This document shows positions 1-9,538 of a stretch of 64,000 bases of DNA, piece after piece; position 1 is the stretch's first letter; each line of letters opens with the position of its first letter. Both the position numbers and the translations under genes were made by a program. The DNA is from Gonapodya sp. JEL0774. Taxonomy: Eukaryota. The notes under the pieces were generated by a model that had not been told where the DNA came from, made no database searches, and was given only the letters and a program-made list of their open reading frames with translations. The stretch covers positions 1-64,000 of the forward strand of contig JADIIX010000021.1 of NCBI GenBank assembly GCA_027604505.1. Direction: 5' to 3'.

Positions 1-365
1 GCACAATTTTCGGACAAAGTGGCGAGAGGATATGTATGTATTCCTTAGAACTGTCTATCCCCAATGTGTTGAACGTGACTCATGGGGAAACCCTAGGCTA
101 GATTTGCTAACATTCTGAATACACATTTCTCCCAATTATTCAAGAGATTATGGTTATCTTACATCATTTCACAGGTTCATCTTGCATCGATTTTATGGGT
201 GGGTGAAGTAAATTACAGGGTGGGGGGTGTAAAAAATGCGACAGCTGACATCTTTTTGGTTTGCACTGTGGATGATCCCTCGGCAGGTTTGGGTGAGGTG
301 ACAGTCGGTTGATCATCCACCATAACTGCATCAACGTTGATGGTGTTCTGGGGGATTGAATTGTG

Positions 366-1141
366 TTAGCAAGAAGGTTGATTCCGCAGAAATGGAAAAT
401 TCACCTGGAGTTGCTCCCCCCTCTCCACTGCCTTGCCACGCTCGAGGGTGCAAACTACATCATTGACGGCTCCAAGAGTGAGTCCGGTGGCGGTGTTCAA
501 ATTCAGCCCCTCGTTGATGGCGGTGGCTGCATGCTCCGTCTTGGTCTGGAAATCCTTGACGGACGGCAAGTTCTCAAGTGCAGACTGGATGCAATTTATT
601 ACGCCCTTGTTCATCGCAGAGACATTGATGGTCCCGATGTCAACTCTGGTGTCGTCTCTGGCGACCATTCTGAGATGCTGCTTTGCGGAGCTTGCGGAGC
701 TTGCGGAGCTGCACTGCTGAAAGTTGATGTTCTTAATGGCCGTCACCACGTCCCTGGAGACTTGGGTTGTGTTCACCGAGACACTTGCTCCAATGTTCAA
801 GCCATCGAGCTTTGACTGGGCGGCCTGCTTAATAGTGGCCTCGAGCTTGTCCATCTGCTGAGAATTTCTGGTGATCTCCTGGGCACAGTGTGTCGTGAGG
901 TTCGACTGCGCGGACATGTTCAGAGTTCCGATTTTGGTTTTGGAGTTCCCTCCAAACACCAAGTCGGTGTCTTGATCGATGCTGGACGACGAGGTGCATG
1001 TTTGGCTTGGTTCCGAGAAGAGGTCTGTGGAGATTTTTGTCATGTCGCTCACGTTGTTGACGACCACACGCATATTCCAAAGAAATGCCATTTCTCAATG
1101 TGGCTCAATGGAAGCTGAGTGCCAGAGAAAAAAAGACCCAA
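366..1141 (-). pseudogene. Remnant of an NCLDV L1R/F9-like myristoylated membrane protein (poxvirus L1, iridovirus/marseillevirus lipid-membrane protein family)
   Basis: Intronless ORF 366-1091 has the family's repeated S/T/Q/N-rich helical pattern: QTCTSSSSIDQ, IKQAAQSKLDGLNIG, QQCSSASS, NCIQSALEN, QTKTEHAATAINEGLNL. There is no C-terminal TM helix and no in-frame MG start, but an out-of-frame (T)TG-G-L-F-F-S at 1141 fits MGxxxS. Recognised from memory of the family, not by search. Confidence 0.65.
683..710. repeat. 9-bp tandem repeat (TTGCGGAGC) x3, coding SSA-SSA-SSA inside the L1R-like ORF
   Basis: Directly visible: ttgcggagc ttgcggagc ttgcggagc. Confidence 0.9.
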
Positions 1142-2222
1142 CCTAAGTTTTTTGGTAGCACACTGGCCCCTGGTTGGTTTTCCACGCCAGGTTGTAGCAC
1201 CCCTGCTGCGTCTTTTGGCAGTCTGCTTGCATTGCTATTGCGTTCTCCTGCTCGGTTTTGGCGTTGTCGCAAGGGAGCCTTGGAAGATATAGGTCCCTCA
1301 TCGCTTCCACTGTCGTTGGAAACTTGCACTTTGGTTTGAAGCCTGAATAGAGAGGTAAATGTCCATGGCATAAGTGGTAATCATCATCGCGATCAGTACC
1401 AAGCAGAGCATCCTTACGGGGGTTGGAACAATCATCGCGCGCTGTTCAAAGGTGGCTCTATGAAAGAAAAAGATTCAGAATGCCAGATGATGAGCCGGAT
1501 CCTTCACAATTTTCTCTGAGTAAGGGGGTACGCCGTTCCGTTGAAACTATTGCACCGCAAATGCCATCACTCCTTATACTCAGAAGGCCCAAACCATCGC
1601 CCCCCTTAGTGAGACATTTAGATTGTGATTGTCGTGAGTTCGAGTTTTGTTACGCCGTCCTTATTCAGGTGGGTTCTCATGTGAAATTGTCCACTCAATT
1701 GCGAAGGTCCATTCAGTGACTGGACTTGTCCAGCGAATCTTCATCTTTATTGTGAACTTGGTGTGGCGTTACAATATATTCTGCATATATAACCCTGGTG
1801 TCGGCCACAGCACACAGAACTGGAGAATCACCGATTCTCATTTCCGTCTTTCCAATCCCAACACACATTGATTCGAAGTGGCTTTTTGCCAGGGACAGGT
1901 TTCTAGTGCGCGAAATCATCGTGAAGCGTAACGACCTGCCCTCTTTCCACCTTACAGAAAGAATCTCGGGACGACTGTCTGAAGGCGAGAGAAGGTCTGT
2001 AGTTACAAACACGGAAGAGCTACATCAAGTCCAAGGCTGTCAATGGCACTGGAGTACCAGATACTCGACAGCAGTGGAACGTGGAAGGAATTGGAAGAGT
2101 ACGATAATAAATTTCATAAATGGTGAACGACTTTGAGGATCGCAAGTCCAGCAGGTGTTTCAAAGAGTTTTCGAGATGAATGTGTGTTTTTGTACAGCTA
2201 TTCCAAGCGGAACGCTAACTAC

Positions 2223-2285
2223 TCTAGAACTAATCTAGAACTATCTCTAGAAGTATCTCTAGAACTGTCTGTAGAACTATCTCTA
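2223..2285. repeat. Degenerate 12-bp minisatellite (TCTAGAACTATC), about 5 copies
   Basis: tctagaactaa tctagaactatc tctagaagtatc tctagaactgtc tgtagaactatc tcta, immediately after the F-box ORF stop. Confidence 0.85.
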
Positions 2286-3200
2286 CGATCCAACGTAAAA
2301 GTCGGCCACCACCTTCTGAATCTTCCCACTTTTCCTTGTACGTCGCCCGTTGAGCTTGGCACGTCGAGGGTGCGCCGGCCTACTTTTCATTGATGGCTGC
2401 CTCACCAAAGCCAAAGACATGATTCCGATGTTGCCCTCTCCACGGGGGCAAAGAGCTGCTTTTCTTTTCGATTTATCCCTAGGGTCCTTTCGCCAACCTC
2501 GCCCCCCGCCTTCGTCTCTCCACATTGTCTTACTTGGAGTGTCCTCTATCGGAAGACAATAATAGTCATCGATCTCCCCGGCTTCGCAAGCATACACAAA
2601 TATCCGTAGCCACCGCTTTTCCTCGTGGAGCCAACTTTGGTGCGTCTTGACAACCACGTTAAGAGCATTTTGGAATATCGAGTTTTCATTTGGCCAATTC
2701 GGTTTTGTGTGCTCAAAGTCAAAATATTGGTGGCACGTCACGACAGAAACAAACACATCGAATTGAACAGGCTGCCAAAACTGATTCATGTGGTACGGCT
2801 CATATGGTGGCAGATAAAGTGACGGCGGTGGCAAGTTATGATGCTTTCTCTTTCTCCAGACTCGGCTGTCGAGGTCTCCTTCCCAATTGAGTGACTGTAA
2901 GATGGCTTTCTCATCGTGCCACCCACTGGCCAGGGTGGCGACATGGCGTATGACTGCAGCACGCCAGGTGGAGCACACGCGTGGGATGGCAGTCAACATA
3001 TCGATTGCCGGAAGCAGTGTGAAGATTGAGAGCCATATTTCGATTGGGAGCGCAACATTTCTGCGTCGTCGGCGGCAATGACTGACGGTAGTCCAAGTCA
3101 TAGGGGTGGAGTATGTGAGGTCGGGTCGGCGTCCAGCAAAGAAGAGGCTACCGAGCCGGGGCAAGTGAACATTTGCCCGCACCAGGGTCGATCTGTCCAT
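2283..3200 (-). CDS. F-box domain protein (apparently intronless)
   Basis: F-box motif LPIEIWLSIFTLLPAIDMLTAIPRVCSTWRAAV. The start may be the ATG at 3101. The C-terminal part is not recognised. Confidence 0.7.
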   Translation of the reverse strand: MDRSTLVRANVHLPRLGSLFFAGRRPDLTYSTPMTWTTVSHCRRRRRNVALPIEIWLSIFTLLPAIDMLTAIPRVCSTWRAAVIRHVATLASGWHDEKAILQSLNWEGDLDSRVWRKRKHHNLPPPSLYLPPYEPYHMNQFWQPVQFDVFVSVVTCHQYFDFEHTKPNWPNENSIFQNALNVVVKTHQSWLHEEKRWLRIFVYACEAGEIDDYYCLPIEDTPSKTMWRDEGGGRGWRKDPRDKSKRKAALCPRGEGNIGIMSLALVRQPSMKSRPAHPRRAKLNGRRTRKSGKIQKVVADFYVGS

Positions 3201-4555
3201 AAGGGTTCCCCTGGTCTGCAGCCTTGCGATACCAATTTACGGCCTCCACCTCGTCCTTGACCACGCATCTTCCAATAGTGTACATCACAGCAAGGTAAAT
3301 GTGTCCATAATCGTAACCCTGGTCCGCGACCATGCTATAGAAGCGAGCCGCCTCCACCTTGTCCTTCTGCACGTCTTCTCCCTTAGCGTAGCACACCCGG
3401 AATCTAAACTGAGATTGTACGAGCCCCTTGTTTGCTGCTTTCAGGTGCCATATCAGAGCCTGCGCCTTGTCTTTTTCTTGTCCTGTCACAAAGTAGAAGC
3501 AACTTTCCATGCCCCTGAACGTCTTGATGACCCACACGTTGACACCATTGGAACGCGGTTTTAAGGTCCTTTGGAAGTATCCCAAGTCCATTCTTGTAGC
3601 AGAAGCAGAGTTGATGCTGCGACCCTGCATGACCAAATTCCGCTGCGCGTAAATAGACTTGTGATGCCTTGTGTAAATCTTGATTGAGTTCATCACGACC
3701 ATGAAGAAATGACTCCGCCAATGAAAACAAACCGTTCGCGTCACTGGTATGTTTTGCTTCTTCAGCCGATTCAATGGCTTTTGATTCTCGTTGAGAACTA
3801 GAATGACATGTGATGAGAAGGCAGGCACACAGCAAATGAATATATTGGCTCTCGTGATTTGAGAAAGCGTGTCTGTGATTAAAGTAAAGGGTGGACGATT
3901 GTTTGGCAGTGGATCCCAGCACTGTCTCAAAAGCGATTCAAGTTCAGTAGGCATTTCAGCATCCAAAGGAACATCTGGTCGATGATGGGGTGATTATATA
4001 TCGAACGCAAAATGGCATAAAATTTGATCGTTGGGAGGTGACCAGAAGGTTCCTCCTTCCTCCAAAGCTGAATCACACGTATGGAGAGGTTTGACATCGA
4101 GCAGTCGAACGTGGCAACCTACTGAAGCTACTGAAGATACTCACAGAATATATGACCGTGGCAAAAGCATATATGTCGTCTTTCTTCGTCGTCCCTTCCC
4201 CGCGTAATCATTCAGGTGACATGTACCGCACTTTCCTCACGGGGTTCCCGGTTCCGTGAAATGCCGGTGCATTCAAGTGTTTGGAGTTTCCAAAATCTGT
4301 CAGAACTGTATGTTTCACTTTGTCTACGAGGGCGTTGTTAGGAGATAGATCAGCGTGGACGATCCCTAAGCTGTGAAGTACTCCATTCACCGGGACATGT
4401 CGAAAAGCTGGCAGAGATACCAGATAGTCTCGGAGATGATGCTTAAACCGATATTGACTCACCAGTAGGAGGATTTCACGTCGCCATGGTGCTTCATCTG
4501 ACTCATATCTTGCAAGATATTTCGCTACACTCCCGTACTCGGGAAACAAAAGCAA
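3148..4555 (-). pseudogene. Tyrosine-kinase-like (TKL) kinase fused to Sel1-like repeats, disrupted
   Basis: Kinase motifs LHSLGIVHADLSPNN, DFG, RYMSPE, DIYAF and CWDPLPNNRPPF. An in-frame TGA at 4208-4210 follows SPE. Sel1 repeats (AAEFGHAGSQHQL, WYRKAADQGNPYGQ) are split by a frameshift near 3520-3540. Confidence 0.85.
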
Positions 4556-4869
4556 AGAATTTTCCTCGATTCACAATTCCATACAAGCGTAACACTCATT
4601 TCATATTTTTCTCTTATACTACAGATATAGAACTTCCAGAAAATGTAAGCTTTATCTTGCTACCTGATTTATTTACACCAATTAATAGTGTGTGGGAGGA
4701 CAACCCACCACCCCAACAACACATCAACCTTCAGTCAGAATTGTTAGTGGGGGCCAACGAAATAGGCTAGTGCTGGAAATTTAAATTTTCATAGTGAGTC
4801 AAAATTATGATTTACAAAAGATTGATGCCTCATAAAAGTGAAACTTGAAAGGGATGGAGTCAAAGAATG

Positions 4870-6583
4870 CTAATCAAGTCTGATTCCAACAATCCCACCC
4901 GAGCGAATCAATTCCATAGCCCATTTCCTTGCATTTGCATACGATGTCACAATCTCCCCAGGGTCGTCCCTAAAATAACCAATATCCGAATCGGAAGGCC
5001 ATTGGCCGTCGTCTCCTGTGCTACCTGAACGCCCCAAAAAGTGGCTGGATACCCGCTCTTGGAAACTCTCCTTCCCTGAGATTTTAGTAGGTCCACTATC
5101 GTCATCTGGCTTGCGAAGCCCTCCGCTGCCGCCACCTGCACTGTCCGAAAATTGCGTCCGCTTCGTTCCTCGGCCGTCCGGAGGCTTAATATACTTCACC
5201 AACTCCTCCCGTAGCACAGTGATGGCAGAGCCACGGTCCATCTTCTGAGATGCGATGAGAGGACTCTCATCTCGTTCTCCGGTTCTCGGGTTGTTAAGAG
5301 TCAGCCAAAAAAGCATCCACCAGTCATTCAGGTCCGTGAGGACAATAAACGGCTTAGATTTAAACTTTTCTTGAAGTCGAGCCAGCGTCATAAGCTCACC
5401 ACACGCTTGGCTAATGTTGGCTGCTGCCTGTCCGACTCTTTTGACCTCTATTCCGCACATTGCGGCAATAGCCATTCCTAGTGCTGTGGCCGTCCTCCAG
5501 GTTACCAGTAGGTCGATCGTGCCCTTCACTGAAACATCCCCAATTTCACCATTAAGTAAATTGCCGTGCTGGCTTGAGTCGAATATGTCGAGCAACGGGT
5601 AACGCGATAGCTGGAGAACATCTTCTAGGTATTTCTTGTACTTTGCTCGCTGGGTTCGGTGACTCTCAGCAACATCCGCAATCCACTGATAGGCAGGAAA
5701 TCTACTGCTGAGCTGTCCATCCAGATCGGGGAACTCGTAGTAGTAATAGGGGCTCTTGCTCAAATCGAATTTAGATAAGCTAACAGTTTGCTCTCCTTGT
5801 ACTATATAAAAGCGTATTGGAAGAAAACAAGGCGATTAGAAAGAAGTAAAATGTCGGAGGAACTTAGATTCTCACTCTGCTCCTTTAATTTCTCTGGTAG
5901 TTTCCGTACTTCATCGCGAACTGTTGATATTCGTGAATTAGCATGTAGATGGTGTCAAAACGAGAGCGCGATTAATCTTACGTAGTTCAATCTCAGATGA
6001 AAACGACGGGTTGGCAGATGCTAGATGTGGAACCGAGAATGAAGTAAGCAAACTGTGCTCCCTCAGGCACATCTCCACGCAAACCGAACAAACCTGCAGG
6101 CCGGCGGACAACAACGTGTATGTATTCTTCCTCAGGAGGCCTTGGGAAGTAGAATGCGACCCTTTTCAAAGGATCCATCACATCTTCATCCTTGAACGCT
6201 TCCTCTCTCAAAGTGGTAATTTCCGAAGAAGGTACGTTGACTTTCCAGAGGTCGAGATCTGCAGCGTCAACATCTGAAAGCGCTCGAGGTCGCACTTCCT
6301 TGATGGCGGTCTGGAGGGAGTTGATTGACGCCGAAGGAGTTACGGAGACCTCAAAAATGGGTTTCTTCTCGCCAAACAGAAAACAGGCGAGAGTAAAAGT
6401 TGTGGTGGCGATCTTGGATGCTTTGAAAGGGCGCTGAGACGTGGACGGTGTTGGTTGAGTGTCGCGTGCGGGTATGGGGGTGGAGTCAGCGGAAAGGTGG
6501 CGCTTGCGGGAGGAGGAGCCCCGGCGAAGCGACTCGGGAAGGTCGTCGACGTCAATATCGGTGTCTGCGGCGGAGTCTGACAT
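4870..6583 (-). CDS. Crinkler (CRN) family effector with C-terminal PD-(D/E)xK restriction-endonuclease-like domain
   Basis: CRN N-terminal domain (LACFLFGE...LDLWKV...IHVVVRRP) in 5993-6658. The last exon has VKGTIDLL...IEVK...QACGEL...VLTDL. ATG at 6583; introns lie between ~6093 and ~5770. Confidence 0.85.
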
Positions 6584-7431
6584 GCAAATCGTTCTCTTGC
6601 TACAATAGCATAACTGAGTGACCAAAGTATCGGCTTGTGTTTGTGCTCTTCCCCGCAACGCACGGGGCAGCCGACCAAGACTCTTAGTTTAGAACGCAAA
6701 TGTAATAGAGAGCTTAGTTTTAATACAATGATAACGCTACTTATAAAGTCCAAGTCCTGGCCTCTTTGCGGCCTGCCCACATATGGTTGCCGCGGGCCTA
6801 GGCTATGAGATGTGATAAGTGCACATTCCCCCGGCAGCGAAGAACCAACTCTACATTTCGACTAAGCTAATTGCTGCTCTATACTTACCTAACAATTTAT
6901 AGCTTAATGGTTTTGTAAATATGTCCGCCTTTTGGAGTTGAAGGATTGTTTACAGACCTTTTCGACAATACCGCAAAAACGATCTCAAAGGCACTCTCTG
7001 CTGCAGGTGGAGGGATCAGTGTGGCACATGGGGCTTGTGGGTTCTGAGTTTGGCAGCGCGGTGACTCTAAAAACGATGTAACAGCGCCAACTGTGAAGTT
7101 TAAGCAGAGTGAGCGAAATGGCAGTCGTAATATGATCTTTGTTTGTCCATGGCGCCATTCATTCTCTCCACACACGTGACCACAGAATGTGAAAAGTAAT
7201 GAACGACCTCACTACATCAGTGGACTCTGTGCTATTTTGTAGAATAAGCGTTGCCAAGGTGGATTCCACGCGAGATGGGCATCAGAAGACCGTCTGATTT
7301 GATGTTGAACCTCTGGCAACGCGAAAACCACAAACTGCCCCACTCACAATCCACCACCTATCACTGCGTTGCCCTTTTCCAATCATATCCACTCCACTCC
7401 AGCCGTAAGACAACACTGACTTCTTTCTTTG

Positions 7432-9076
7432 CTAGCTCCCTAACTCATTCGCTCGGGCTGCGCAAGCGTGGAGAGAGCATCCAGCTCGTCTCTTCGTCAT
7501 TCTGGCGAGGTGGAGCTTCATTGCGCGAACAAAATTGGCAGGTCGAGCCATTGGACCGTTGCCGCGATAAATCACATTCATTCCGATTGAGTGCAGGTAC
7601 ATTTGAATTTCCGAGGGGCTTGCATGGCGATTAAACTGCTCGGGAACCATGATGTTGAAGATTTCAGCTTCTCTTAATTGCTGCTGTTCTCGCTCGTCCC
7701 GGTTTTGTCGGATTTCCCGCCTTCCCCACAACCCGAGATCGGATGTCGCTCGCGGATTAGCTACGATATGTTGTTCTTGTCTGATTCACAGCATTCCAAA
7801 TTCCTCCATACGGCGCAATCTACCCTGAGCACCGTCCGGCAAGTCCAAGATGAGAGTGACTGTCCTTGGCTCTTTTTCCGAATACTCACTTTCTCCATTT
7901 CTGCCTGAAGTGCAGTGAAGAAGAAGTGCAGCGTATTCTCGTAGCCATGTTGACAAAAAGGACCGAAGGAGCTTATCTGGCTGAGTCACGGCGATGAAAG
8001 TCTTGTCCGCGAACCGAAGACGATCTCCAATCCACCACCAGTTCCATCACGAGCGAGACGCTCCAATCTGTAAGATGCGATCCCAGCCACGTATCCCGCG
8101 TTTCCATCCTCGTCTAGAGTAGCGATAGCTCCCATCTTGTCCGTTTTCATTGCCGGTGATGCGTCTTGGTCGCCACGCACGAGGGACAGAGCTTGTTGTA
8201 ATCCATCGCGGTCCTTCTTGCCGAGACCAGGTGGGCGTGCCCCGCTCTTCATATCGTGAAAGAACGTTTGGTGCAAACCAGAGCCACGCTGTTTCAGGTC
8301 GCGACGAATGATCTCGAGCGGAGCAGGCGCCAGTATGCCGATAATGAAACGAGGTTGGTAGAATCAGTAGCGGTACCAGAGCAACCCAGAAACGTGTATG
8401 AATGCCCACCTGCGCGTCAATTGAGATCCTCTGACCCTTTGACTCATCCTTGGACTTCCGGAGGTCGGCAAAGTTGCCGATCCTTGGCGATGAGATACTC
8501 ACAATGTAACATTGTTCCTCACCCAACCACTCACCAATCATTGACCACATTAAAAGCATAACTGGTCCCATTAAAAGGTTGTTGTTTGGCGCCAACGGAC
8601 CAAAAAAGATGTCCGGTTGCACCACACACGCAAAACTCTTCTGCGCTGCGTCTGTCAAGTCCGAGATAAACTTCAAACTGATTTGCACCTCGCGAGACAG
8701 ACAATCCAGTGCATACACAATAATCCCGACAACAAATGGGCTCGCGAGACATATCTGTTGCGCCGCCCAAAGTCCTGCACACGCAACATCAAATGTTATC
8801 AAGTACAAACATGACGCTCCATGAACTCATAACGTTAAAGAGCTTACCATAACGTTGATTTGCAGAAGATCCATATTCCGCCGCACCGGATCTAACAACC
8901 TGAAACACAAACGAAGATACTCTAAAGCTCCGCTCCAATGCCCATTGGTGAGCCATTACAGCCTGATCAGCGAATAAGACGTTATCACGACGGTCATCGA
9001 CTGATTTACGGGCATAGATGAGCCAGAATGATGGCCGCTGACCAATGTTCAGTGCGGGGTTGACTTCGGAGTCCAT
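7432..9076 (-). pseudogene. Spliced serine recombinase gene with two tandem resolvase domains and a recombinase-like C-terminal domain; disrupted
   Basis: Domain 1: IYARKS (Ser codon 9002-9004)...DQ...RSG...RYG|LWAA (GT-AG intron 8775-8847 restores the frame)...IIVYALDCLSRE. Domain 2: DLRKS (Ser codon 8452-8454) KDESKGQRISIDAQ| (intron from 8409 to ~8313)...FFHDMKSGARP..DRDGLQQAL...YRLERLARD...FFTALQAEMEKVSIRKK. C-terminal: FGML...EAEIFNIM...SPSEIQMYLHSIG. Frameshifts or stops near 8040, 7986 and 7786. Confidence 0.8.
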
Positions 9077-9300
9077 TGAAGTTTGAGCTTGAAGCCGGCA
9101 CTGAACAGCTTGTTGAGAGATAGACGATTGCAGAGAGAGAGAGAGATCGGATCCCTTGATGATGTAGGTGAACGGGTAGCGCCGAAGGGTCTGCAAAATG
9201 GGTCAAAGGACACTTGGGCGTCAACCCATGGATTGAGGATTGAGGGATTTGTTATTGTACGCCGAGCGCCTTAATTTCTATGCTTTTTTATGCGTTCGCC

Positions 9301-9365
9301 GCTATCCCCCCCGTTCCCCCCGTGGGGTCTCCCGCTGCGCGGGGGCCCGTGCGTTCCCACCCCGT
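9301..9365. other. GC-rich hairpin and C-tract element between divergent genes
   Basis: GGGTC(T)CCCGC-tgc-GCGGGGGCCC stem at 9325-9348, with outer GTGGG/CCCAC arms, preceded by C7-GTT-C6. Confidence 0.55.
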
Positions 9366-9538
9366 ACCCTTTACAGGCCGATTACAGTGCTGAGGCCGAG
9401 GTTTCCGAACTGAGGTTGCCCAAGCAAACGAGTTAACGTCCATTCAAGGAATGTGGGTTAAAAACGAAGGTGCGATGTGCCCTTCTCGGACATAATCTCC
9501 CCGTCCACATCCCAGATTCATCTGAGTGCTCCCAGGCA

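Noticed and set aside
363..815. 150-aa plus-strand ORF
   Set aside because: Antisense shadow of the L1R-like ORF with no independent motif.
7786..8808. TGA read-through or alternative genetic code in a long minus frame
   Set aside because: The recombinase motifs are spread over different frames, and other genes end in TGA, so introns plus decay explain it better.
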